A DNA stretch of 63,272 bases, the filler included, from Octopus bimaculoides (lineage: Eukaryota), in assembly GCF_001194135.2 (NCBI RefSeq). It is 4 parts of 3 records of this genome, joined end to end, with 100 filler letters (N's around TTAATTAATTAA, not from the genome) between each part and the next. Parts side by side here need not be neighbours in the genome. Positions count along the whole stretch, not along the records: positions 34,086 to 63,272 come from NC_068988.1; 3 more parts are not named here. One strand, 5' to 3'. The notes under the pieces were generated by a model. That model was not told where the DNA came from. It worked only from the letters and a program-made list of their open reading frames with translations, and searched no databases. How positions within the stretch are numbered: the first letter of the stretch is position 1; each line of letters opens with the position of its first letter. Below are positions 52,890 to 63,272 of the stretch, piece after piece. The translations under genes and the position numbers were made by a program.

Positions 52890-53620
52890 CTCTTGTGTTT
52901 AAATGTATATCTTGTCGAACCCAAAATTTATTACCAAATTTGATGATAGATTTTCTAGTTGCTAAAACAACATTAATTTCATTGCGGATGAGGCCGGATT
53001 TATTATGCACGAACCACAAGGCTTTATTAAGGTTGATCAGATTACTAGAGGAATAATAACTACAAATACCAAACTGGGTAAATTTAGTGCTTAGTTTACT
53101 ATCAATAGAGTTGACCCAGTCTACAACCTGAAATGAATTAGACCATAAAGTAAGTTTTTTTTACGTTAACGAAGGTATGTACTTATCAAGAATATTTTTG
53201 CTAAGTATACCGATATCAGAGCTGGAAAGACATAAGACGGAGAGATGGGTTACTGAAGAAGTTAAGTTTGTGGTCTTGCTGTTAATTTCCTTGGTGATAT
53301 TATGTAGATATCTCAGATGGTTATTCCTTAAGGAGGAACGATGGAATTTAACATTCTTAACAATAGACCAGAGGTGAGAATCAAACTGTTTTAACCTGAA
53401 TTAGGAGGAGGATTGCTTTTAGATTTGAACAATTTACTAAATTCAGAAATTTGGTCATTGGAAGGAGGTTCAATATTCTTATCGAAGAAGAAAGCCTGCC
53501 TTCTGATACGATTAATAAAAGAGTTGGTCTAATTATTGAGTTGTTTAAGGAATACCTTTCTTGGGGAAATAGGTATATCCTTAAGAGAGGCGTTTATAAT
53601 AAAGGTCTCCATCTGCAGTA
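52890..53620 (-). mobile_element. Penelope-like ORF N-terminus and RT start, degenerate
   Basis: LKDIPISPRKVFLKQL..FINRIRRQAFFF..FKSKSNPPP..FDSHLWSIVKNVKF; SDIGILSKNILDK..VVDWVNSIDSK..LNKALWFV..INVVLATRKSII; same broad family as 3408-4465. Confidence 0.75.
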
Positions 53621-53691
53621 ACTAGTTCAGCTTCAGGTTTTAATAATGAAAAACCTTGTATATATATGTTTAATTTGCAAAAAAAGATCCA

Positions 53692-54636
53692 GAGAATTGG
53701 TTACCAGGGTAGTCAAATATCACATAAGCACTTTAAAATATTAGTAACCACACATACATGGATAATAATTCGAAGGAGAAGTGAGACGTGTTTTGGAGAA
53801 CATAAGAGAAATGGAAACAAACACACAAGTTGCTATTTAAATCATTTATATCGCCGACATTTATGTTTCGATCGATACATTAAAATTAATCCGGGAGAAA
53901 AAATAATGTGGGAGGAGATTATAAATAATAGTGTTCATTAATAAGCCACTTTTGCAGTTGTAAGAAATTATAATATATAATATATGAAAAACAAAAGGTG
54001 GATAGAGAATGCTAGAAATTTGACGTCATAAGGCGAGAGAAGAGAAGGAATCTTTTTCAACTAATGTCTGCCCCCTTTGCCTAATAATAACTGTAACTTT
54101 CACTTGATTATTTTCATTCCATATATCCCATTTCTTTCTTAGTCATTTCTATCCATTTGTCATTCATCTTTCCATTTGTATATTTCTCCCTTACTCCTTT
54201 AATTTTATTTCTCTCTTCCTTCTCTTCTTCTTTCGTCCTATGGCGTCAAAATTCTTAACGGTATATTAAAATTACTAGCGTTCTCTATACACCTTTTGTT
54301 TTTCATATCTAATATATTATATATTATAATTTCTTACATCTGTAAAAGTGGCTTATTAATGAATACTGTTATTTATAATCTCCTCCCTGACGAGATTGAT
54401 ACATTATTCCACATTATTTTCCCTCCCGGGTTAATTTTAATATATCAATCGAAACGTATATGTCAGCGATATAAATGATTTAAATAACGTTATATGTGTT
54501 TGTCTCCATTTTCCATTTCTCTTATGTTCTCCAAAACACGTCTCACTTCACCTTGGAATTATTACCCATGAATGTGTGCTTACCAATATCTTAATGTGCT
54601 TATGTGACATTTGACTACCCTGGTGACTATTTCTCC
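53692..54636. repeat. Long inverted repeat (arms ~53692-54050 and ~54217-54636), probable inverted PLE pseudo-LTRs
   Basis: Arms align along their length, e.g. GAAGTGAGACGTGTTTTGGAGAACATAAGAGAAATGGAAA vs TTTCCATTTCTCTTATGTTCTCCAAAACACGTCTCACTTC; directly upstream of the PLE ORF. Confidence 0.9.
54371..54476 (+). ncRNA. Type I hammerhead ribozyme with canonical core
   Basis: CTGACGA (54387-54393), stem II GATTGATA/TATCAATC extendable to 13 bp with one mismatch, GAAA (54451-54454), stem III AC..GT, GUC triplet (54462-54464). Stem I is imperfect next to the core. Confidence 0.7.
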
Positions 54637-55620
54637 GTATCTTTCCTTATGTATATATTTAAGTGTAGGTTTGTTCTTAGTAGTGTGCTGAGAATGCACG
54701 TTCACTGTCTATGGCTACATGGTGTCACCCATTGTAATTGCATAATTGTCACTGGATCTATCACAAGAATTCCTCGGTGTACGTTGTGTGTAAAATAAAT
54801 GATGGAGACAGAAAATGGAATATACAGGAAACTTCATGGCTCACAATTATCGTTTCAACACACCTTTTGTTTTATATACATATAATATAAAGAAAAAGTA
54901 GAGTTAGAACCCAGAAAAATCAAGTTATGTGATAGTCAATTTCATATTGCCTACGTATGCTTCAATTTCTTACCTTCATTTATATTTTGCAATTAAGATT
55001 GCATTATGCATTTAAAAGGTAAAAATCTCTTCATGGCAAAAGTTGACAAAAATTGATAAAATTTATTCTCATCGTAATGGCTGGAGAGTTGCTTACCAAC
55101 TGAAATAACAGCATGTGCATGTGTGCTTGTTTGTGTCAGCATGTGTCTTTTGGATTGCTTTGTAAGAATAGCTTGAGGTTAAACTACGACCATAGTGGAC
55201 AATGGCTAGTTGTAGTTTTGGTGAACTGGGTCATATTACCATTCCCCTTAATTGAATGCAGATCGGTTTATGAAAGAGAAAGAGGTTTTTCTTGCCCACA
55301 TAGGATTATGTATATATTTAATAAATTCAAATGAATAAAATTATAAAAGGCAATATAGAAATAGATATACGTCTAGTAATTCCTAATAAATATAATTGAA
55401 TAGGCCTTATGTGAATAAATAAATATCTAGAACTAGTAATTCTATATTAATCAAATGGAGGAATACACATTGAAACCCTTACTATCAGCCGATGTATCAA
55501 AATAAGTAACTTAACAATATTATTAAATAAATAGTGGATAGGGAACTTGATATGTTCATAAGGAAAGGGAAATGTATATATGTGTATATACAGATACATA
55601 AATATATTTATATGTATATA

Positions 55621-56790
55621 TTAGGTTGTCATACATGAAATGTCGCATTTTTAATTACTTGTTATTTCAGTCATTTAAAAACAATTATGTATACATTTGC
55701 ATTAAATCTTCACTCTTTTTATTTCGAAACAATATTGGTATGCAAAATTCGTACCCACAGACCTTATGAAAATGATAACAACCAAGCAATGTTAAGTGAT
55801 TTTTTTTGTATGAGTACAAACTGGGTCACTCAGCCGCAGAAGCTCTACGGAATATCAAGCAGGCCTTTGGTAATGGTTTTGTTGACATCAGAACTGTTCA
55901 GAGATGGTTCCAAAGATCTCGTTCATGAGATGATGGCCTAATGAACCAAGGGGGAGGCTAAAATCAGTTACTCAGCATGATGAATGAAATGCGTTGATTG
56001 AACAACCTCTGAGAAAATGTCCGGAAACTTTCATCAGAACTCTAAACATCTCGCACAACAGTTTTCGACACCTGAAAAAATTGGAAAAGTCAAGAAAATG
56101 GACAGGCTCGTTCCACATCAACTGAACGAGATAAAACAAATAGGTTCCTCGAAATGTGATCTTATTGCTTTCTCGACTGGAAAAAGAACCATTTTTGCAT
56201 CAAATCATTACATGCGAAGAAAAATGGATACACTTTGACAACACTAGGAGAACAAGACAGTGATTAAATGCAGGAGAGTCATCTAAACACTACCCAAAAC
56301 CACCTGTGCACCCCAAAAAGTTAGTAGTCACTGTATAGTGATCTGCGAAGAGGGTCATTCATTATTTATTTTTGCAACAAGGAAAAGCGATAACTGCAAC
56401 ATCATATTGCCAGAAAAGTATGCATGACAATTTGAAAAAGAAGCAACCCAGACTAATGAATAGAGATGGCCCAATTTTGCTCCACGACAATGCACGTCCT
56501 CACACTTCTCAAGCTACGGTCCAAGAGTTGCAAAGCCTGAATTATGAGATTCTGCAACGTCCTCCCTATTTCCTGATATCTCTCTTACTGATCGTTACTT
56601 ATTTAAGCATTTTGAGCTTTAGATACGCAATAAAACATTCTTAAATAGAGAAGAGGTAATTGAAGCATTCGGACTGTTCATCACAGGAAAAGATGATTTT
56701 TTTTTAAGATGGCATATATGACTTAGAGAAACGTTGGGTAAGGGTCATAAGTGAACATGGATCATACTTTGATTAAATAAGTTAGTTCTC
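55621..56790 (+). pseudogene. Mariner transposase pseudogene with left TIR
   Basis: TA-TTAGGTTGTC TIR-like start; EYKLGHSAAEALRNIKQAFG..RTVQRWF; IGKVKKMDRLVPHQL; HPKKL.V; PILLHDNARPHTSQAT..EILQRPPY; multiple stops and frameshifts; right TIR not seen. Confidence 0.9.
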
Positions 56791-56829
56791 TAACTACTTC
56801 TGAAACATTATTTACTGTTACTTTTCAAA

Positions 56830-56945
56830 TGTTGCTCCAATCCACTCGGCTGCAACAATGAGTAATTCTGTGAGATGGACTTGCAACCCATCCAGAGGGG
56901 GAATATTTATGCCATGAAACCGAGAAACCAGCCCTTATAAGTCAG
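56830..56945 (+). mobile_element. SINE internal fragment (central domain shared with S2 variants b and c)
   Basis: TGTTGCTCCAATCCACTCGGCTG..AATGAGTA matches the reverse complement of 57265-57305; followed by a different segment GATGGACTTGCAACCCATCCAGAGGGGG. Confidence 0.55.
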
Positions 56946-57086
56946 CATGGCTTGAGAAAGTATCTTTACTTCAAATTCTTCACCTACTTGCAGCTTGGTG
57001 TGTAGAGATAATAAGAACTGATTGCCCAGACTGTGAACACAACACAAAACTAATAGCTATCAATATACCATTCATGTCTAAGGAGG

Positions 57087-57404
57087 AGCACGCCGTCGGT
57101 TACGACGACGGGGGTCCCAGCTGATACGATCAACGGAACAGCTTGCTCGTGAAATTAACGTGCAAGTGACTGAGCAATCCACAGACACGTGTACCCCTTA
57201 CGTAGTTCTCAGGGAGATTGAGCGTGACACAGTGTGTAACAAGGCCGGCCCTTTGAAATGCAGGTACTACTCATTTTTGCCAGCTGAGTGGACTGGAGCA
57301 ACGTGAAATAAAGTGCCTTGCTCAAGGACACAACGCGTCGTCGGGAATTGAACTCACGACTTTACGATCGTGAGCTGAATGCCCTAACCACTAAGCCACG
57401 CGCC
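57087..57404 (-). mobile_element. tRNA-derived SINE, family S2 variant b
   Basis: Head GGCGCGTGGCTTAGTGGTTAGGGCA..GAGTTCAATTCC; central GTGTCCTTGAGCAAGGCACTTT domain; tail shared with the 29.3-kb copy. Confidence 0.85.
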
Positions 57405-58470
57405 TTCACACCTTTCATTTCTAGAAAGGAGATATATTTACAAACAGAGGCTATGGATCTCCAGAAAATGATAAATGTAATTGCAGTTGTATGGCATTTT
57501 CAATGGCTTTGGGAATCAGATCTACAAGGACTAGAATTGAACTCATAACTATAATAAAGCTGAAAAATATTTATCTTTTTATCAGTGTGACTGATGGCAT
57601 ACTATTTAAAATTCTTAGTTTTATGCCAACTAATGATCTGATACACATTTGCATATGCACATACATTCATATAACTTCAAGGTCAAGGAGAAATATTGCT
57701 ACTCAGATGGTTAAGCATTCTAAACTTAGTACTATATGGTTATATTTCACTCATGGACGAAGCATATAAATCTATTTGTCTTAGTTTGCTTGAGCTGAGA
57801 GACAAGTTAGGCTCATTCTTCATGGATGAGTGGCTATCAGTAAGAAGGGCACCTAACTGGAAAAACAATTGCTCCAGTTGCTGCCTATGTTAATACATAT
57901 GTCATGATTTACAGAAACAATCTCTGTTACAACTATGCAGAAATGTATGTCAAACAGTAAATACGTGTCTGTGAGTGTATGTGTGTGTGTGTGTGTGCAC
58001 GTGTATGTCTATATGTATAAACACACAAACACACACATACGTACAAATGCATACATATATGTAGATATGTATTTATGTATGATTGTTTGTATGTGCAAAT
58101 ACACACATTTCTTCAAGGTCTGTTTCTTTCTGAACGAGATTTTAGTTAAAGGCCACGTTTGACCATTTTGTTAGTGAACCAACTCTTTTGGTCATCTATA
58201 TCTTTCCCCTTCGATTCACTGCTCCCAACAAGACATTTTGGCAACCTACTATATTGGCAGCAGCAGTAGCAGTGGTTGCAGCAGCAGCATTAACAGCAGC
58301 TTCAATACTGACAGCAACAACAAAAGTAGCAACGATATCAATGGTCATTGAAATCTGAGACATGACATCATGTCGAGAGTATTAGAGATGCACTGATGCC
58401 CACATAAATACAAATATACACTCACACACACAGAGGCACACACCCACACAAACTTTCACTCACATACTGT

Positions 58471-58506
<36 letters not shown>

Positions 58507-58639
58507 ACATACACACATATATATTCCAAAGACATGTATACTTCACTACCAATATATATAGAATCTCTTCACAAATATAATGCATATAAATGCAAATGCA
58601 CATACAGACATACATATACACACACACACATATACATTC

Positions 58640-58680
<41 letters not shown>

Positions 58681-60238
58681 TTTATCTACCAATCAATCTT
58701 TCTATATACATGTGTGTGTGTGTGCATATATATCTGCATGTCTTCATTTGCATATATATATATATATATATATATCTGTATGTCTGAAATTGGCATATAT
58801 ATTTGTATATGTATATATATGCATGTACGTATATGTACACAGATATAAATGTATGTCTATGCATATTCATAAACATACATGTATAAATATATCTAGTTGT
58901 GTAAATGTGTATGTATACATTGTATACGTATGCATGCATTTCTATCCAATTGTATATAAAGACATATTTCTATTTTCACAAACACATATACATAAGCATT
59001 TATAGAAAATATTCTTTTTGTCCATACATGCACAATCTGCATAGAAACAAACTAAAAAGTGTATGCACATGCACACACACACACATATATAACACATATA
59101 CAAATACGAATGCATAGTGATGCTGTAAACCATACACATATAATCACACAAAGACAAAGAAATACACACACTTATACACTGATATTAAATCTCTATGCAT
59201 TCACGCAAAATAATAGATGTCTCAGCCGGTCTATACACACAAACACACACACACACACACACACACATGCACAAACGTATTTGAATGATTACATTTAATG
59301 TCATACGTACATATATACAAACTTTATAAAACTAGTGCACATGCATGAATACACACAGATATATATATATAAAGAAAAGACAAACTAATATCAAAAGCCC
59401 ATGCACAGACATGGGTATACACACACTCTAATGTGTACACAAAATATCAGATCTAATCACACACACACACACATATGAGTAACAGTCAGTCATGTTGTAG
59501 CAGGCAAATATAAATGCATGCATTTAAATATACATTCATTTACATACAGGCACACAATCATATTTATGCATGCATACATGCATATAAAAAACACAAAGAC
59601 ATACACACACACACACACAAAAATATAGAATCGTCTCTATCCCTGTGTGTGTGTCTGTCTGTCTTTCTCTCCACGCACTCAATCACACGCACGCACACAC
59701 ACTCACACACACACACACACATATTCTCTACATACAGGCATGCACCATGCACAGTCTACACATCTATGTTCTTCAGTAATCGCATACAAACACAAGAATG
59801 CACAGAAAATAGAAGACGCTTACACATACATACAAATATACATACACACAGACATACATATATTTATATATATGCATGTGTGTGTGTATATATATATATG
59901 TATATGTACGTGTGTGTGTGTGAAAAAATATATATATATGTATGTTTGTATGTATGTGTGCACATACATATATACATGCACATATATATATTCCCTCTGT
60001 GCATAAACACAAAATCTACACATACATACAAAAACATAGAAAATACGTACACATCTACATTCACATATATATATACACCCAAAACAAAGAGAAGAAGAAA
60101 AAGATATAAGTGTATTGCACAGAATAAATGCAAATAGATTTTAAGAAACAGTCTCAAAGAATTTCTCAAAGCTTCGTCTTTCTTTGGCACTGGATTTAAT
60201 TACAGTCATTTGATTCTGTTTTCCTTCTGAATTCACAG

Positions 60239-60275
60239 ATCAGGGATGGTGCTCTGGTTCACCAGAATCTCCGGG
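60239..60275 (+). CDS. Candidate 37-nt exon A
   Basis: TTCTGTTTTCCTTCTGAATTCACAG acceptor; open in all three frames (DQGWCSGSPESPG / IRDGALVHQNLR / SGMVLWFTRISG); weak donor GG/GTGGTT. Confidence 0.35.
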
Positions 60276-60411
60276 GTGGTTTACATAGATCTAACTAGCC
60301 TTCAACGCCAGTATGAGCATTTGATTTGTTCTTCCTTCATATCTACTCCACCACTATCCACTCAAGTAACTCACACTTGTTTCCTTTCTTATTCTCAGTT
60401 TGCCTTCATAA

Positions 60412-60465
<54 letters not shown>

Positions 60466-60772
60466 GGTGTCATCTTTCTCTCCATCTTTCCCCACCTTTT
60501 TTTGTTCCTTCATCTTCGCTCTGTTCTTGTGCATATTTTGGTCACTGTGTTTTATGTGTATGTGTGTGTAAGTGTGTACTTGTGTTTATGTGTGTGTGTG
60601 TGTGTGTGCATATTTGTGTGTGTGTGTGCATCTGTGTGTTTGTGTATGTGATTATGTATGTGATTATGGAAGTTAGAGGCACTAAGTGCCATTTTGTAAT
60701 TCATGGTTTGCTCTACATTTGTGACGATTGTTTAGTGTAAGTTTTTTTTTTGTTTTTTGTTTTGTTATTCAG

Positions 60773-60785
60773 GCATTGTGTTATG
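60773..60785 (+). CDS. Candidate 13-nt microexon B
   Basis: T-rich tract TTTTGTTTTTTGTTTTGTTATTCAG, exon GCATTGTGTTATG, consensus donor GTAAGT. Confidence 0.4.
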
Positions 60786-61166
60786 GTAAGTGTTCTCTTT
60801 GGACAAACGAACATAGATTAGTTGGATGATGCTAAACCTCTTTAAAGCCTTGTTTTGATTTCAGTGCAATGCAGAAATAATGCAGGAAGTGATTTACTTT
60901 GTAAAGTGCAGAAAAAAATGAAACAAAACACAAACATACAAACAGAATGGCAATATTTCCTAATGTGCAATGGACTGATTTGTTAAACTGTTCTCAGCAC
61001 AGCAGAAATAGATACTTTTAAATGTCAGCTCTAGTATCTGGTTGAAAAAGGGAAATACAAACTGCTATTTTTACTATTTTTACTGCTAGTATAAATGCAT
61101 CTGGGGAAACAAGCCATGTGAGGAGGAGAGGCTTCTGTAGTGAGCGTTGCTGGTCATTTTCTGCAG

Positions 61167-61256
61167 CAACACCATCATGGTCATTACCCCAGGGTGCAGC
61201 TGAGCACACCATTTGTTCATCCCCACCCCTACATCTTCTGCTGCTTTACCCCCTGA
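61167..61256 (+). CDS. Candidate terminal coding exon C (QHHHGHYPRVQLSTPFVHPHPYIFCCFTP*)
   Basis: GGTCATTTTCTGCAG acceptor; in frame after A+B; GC-richer island; TGA at 61254-61256. Confidence 0.3.
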   Translation, partial: QHHHGHYPRVQLSTPFVHPHPYIFCCFTP

Positions 61257-61430
61257 TTTTTTCTTTTCTGTTTTTATCTCCTTTTTTTTGCTGCTTTGTA
61301 CATGAATGTTATGATTTAAAAAGTGACCTGTTATATAATTGAATGTAAAAAAAGTAAAATTATTAAGCAAAAAAAAAGCAGGAATAATGATTGGTCAATG
61401 CATCCTACTTCTCATCTTTATCATTACCAG

Positions 61431-61460
61431 CATTTCTAAATGGTTTCCATATTATAACAG
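61431..61460 (+). CDS. Candidate 30-nt frame-preserving exon D
   Basis: CCTACTTCTCATCTTTATCATTACCAG acceptor, CAG/GTATCT donor; reads xFLNGFHIIT or ISKWFPYYN. Confidence 0.35.
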
Positions 61461-61512
61461 GTATCTATTTTGTGGGGCTTAGTGTTATGACCAAATTAAT
61501 TCTTTGGCCTAT

Positions 61513-61654
61513 TTTGGTACTTATTTCATCGACCCTGAAAGGATGAAAGGCAACGTCAACCTTGGTGGAATTTGAACTCAGTATGTAAAGACAGATGAAA
61601 TGCCACAGAGCCTTTCATCCAGCATATTAACAATTCTACCAGCTTGTTGCCTTA
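61513..61654 (-). mobile_element. SINE family S3, 5' part
   Basis: GGTACTTATTTCATCGACCCTGAAAGGATGAAAGGCAAC..GGAATTTGAACTCAG (B-box-like on the minus strand). Confidence 0.75.
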
Positions 61655-61678
61655 ATCATACATCCATAAAAAGAGAAA

Positions 61679-62003
61679 GGACCCCTTTCAGTCATAAATG
61701 ACCATGGGATTGCACCTAGAAAGTTACCCTCTGAGGCACAAGTCCAGGCAAGGTTGTTTATGGAAGACTAGTGATCGCCCATGCATACCAACCTTCCCTC
61801 TCCATGCCACTGATGTTATCCAAGGGAGAGGCAAAGGGCGATACAGCTTGGCACCCGTGACGTCGCAACTCATTTCTACAGTTGAGTGAACTGGAGCAAT
61901 GTGAAATAAAGTGTCCTGCTCAAGAACACGACACACAACCTGGTCTAGGAATTGAACTCAGTACCTCAAGATTGTGAGCCCAATGCTCTAACCACTGAGC
62001 CAT
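61679..62003 (-). mobile_element. tRNA-derived SINE, family S2 variant c
   Basis: Head TGGCTCAGTGGTTAGAGCA..GAGTTCAATTCC and the same central domain as 57.1 kb, but an unrelated 3' tail. Confidence 0.8.
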
Positions 62004-62487
62004 TGTGAGTAAATCAGCATAGTTGCTTCCTTTTTTGACTCATTTCTTTAAAGCCTTTCTCAAATGTTAACATTGCACATTTGAATGTTTTTTTTCTCCT
62101 TAACTGGTCCCTCTCCATGTTTTCCTACTCAACATCATAACAATTCTTACACAAGTCTTATTATATAATCTATCTCTTCAAAGGAAATAGAAATCATTTG
62201 TCATATATTGTAAACAAAAGAAGCAGTTCCGGGGTCTATTTCACTCTTTTCCAAGCACATCCACAGCACTATTTCAAGCACCATTTCTAGTAGTTATGTC
62301 ATTTAGACTACTGATGTATTTTTCACTCACTACAAGGCATTCAATTAATCAATGACTTTCAATTCAAAACTAATATTGATGCTGGTTACTTCTCTATTTC
62401 TGGTGTTGCTAAAATCAAGCCTTTTTAGTATCATTGCATAATATCTATTTGAAAATGCACGCCTAGCTCATGTTGTGTTGACCTTCA

Positions 62488-62690
62488 CCGTCATCATTGT
62501 CGTTGTCGTCATCATAATAATCATCATCATCATCATCACCACCATCAACATCATCATCACCATCATCATCACAGCCACCACCACCATCATCATCATCACA
62601 ACCACCACCGTCATCGTCGTCGTCATTGCCATCATCATCACCACCACCATCACCACCACCACTGCTGCCGCCGTCACCACCATCATCATA
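62488..62690. repeat. Compound (CAT/CAC/CGT)n trinucleotide repeat
   Basis: Directly visible; source of poly-D/M/I ORFs. Confidence 0.95.
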
Positions 62691-62789
62691 ATGTCTACAT
62701 TTCAATTCTTGCAAAGGCCAGCTGGGACAGCGTTTTCTGCTTTTGTGAAACCCTTTTGGCAATCTGCCTTCGTTTCCGAGAGAATCAGT

Positions 62790-62876
62790 TGTTCAGGAGA
62801 GTGGACATCGTTTATATCTACCCCAGTAACTGACTGGTACTTATTTTATCAACCTTGAAAAAATGAAAAGCAAAGA
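62790..62876 (-). mobile_element. SINE family S3 internal fragment
   Basis: CCCCAGTAACTGACTGGTACTTATTTTATCAACCTTGAAA..GCAAAG. Confidence 0.55.
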
Positions 62877-63167
62877 GATATAATAATCTCTCAGTCTATC
62901 AAACAACAAACAGCCAAGACATACATACATGCAGAACTGGAAATAGATGACAACAGATTGATGAGCTTTTCTATATATGATTGTGTAACATATGACATTT
63001 CAAGAAGCTCAGAAATGTTTTCATGGTGGACTCCTGGCAAATGAAGCTATTGTTTATAAAGCAGCATGTGAAACAGAGAAGTAAACAATGAAATATGAAC
63101 TCACTCTCATAAATACACATACAGACATACACATATGCATATACATACATATGTATGCATATATATA

Positions 63168-63183
63168 TAACTATATATATATA

Positions 63184-63272
<89 letters not shown>
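63168..63272. repeat. (TA)n microsatellite; representative of many (TA)n/(TG)n tracts, most of which border N gaps
   Basis: Directly visible. Confidence 0.95.

Noticed and set aside
62463-62858. Poly-Asp/Gly, poly-Met/Val and poly-Ile/Thr ORFs
   Set aside because: Trinucleotide repeat translations with no splice or start context.

Overview
Eukaryotic, AT-rich, gap-riddled genomic scaffold, most likely from an octopus/coleoid cephalopod (inferred from recalled SINE families, not from a search). No complete protein-coding gene, rRNA, tRNA gene or CRISPR array is supportable; most listed ORFs are microsatellite or N-gap artefacts. The window is mainly decayed mobile elements: several Penelope-like elements (PLEs, RT and GIY-YIG remnants), RTE- and CR1/L2-type LINEs, an LTR-retrotransposon remnant with a tRNA-Trp PBS, a mariner pseudogene, MITEs, a Helentron-like non-autonomous element and at least three tRNA-derived SINE families. 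The most interesting signals are (i) hammerhead ribozyme motifs tied to PLE terminal repeats: one canonical-core copy inside a ~950-bp inverted repeat whose partner arm has lost the catalytic 5' half, and three copies of a minimal variant with a U at core position 6; (ii) a cluster of phase-compatible candidate microexons at 60.2-61.5 kb, plus isolated candidates elsewhere, suggesting the window lies inside a large intron-rich gene I cannot identify; (iii) SINEs that swap central and tail modules. All translations and alignments were done by eye.
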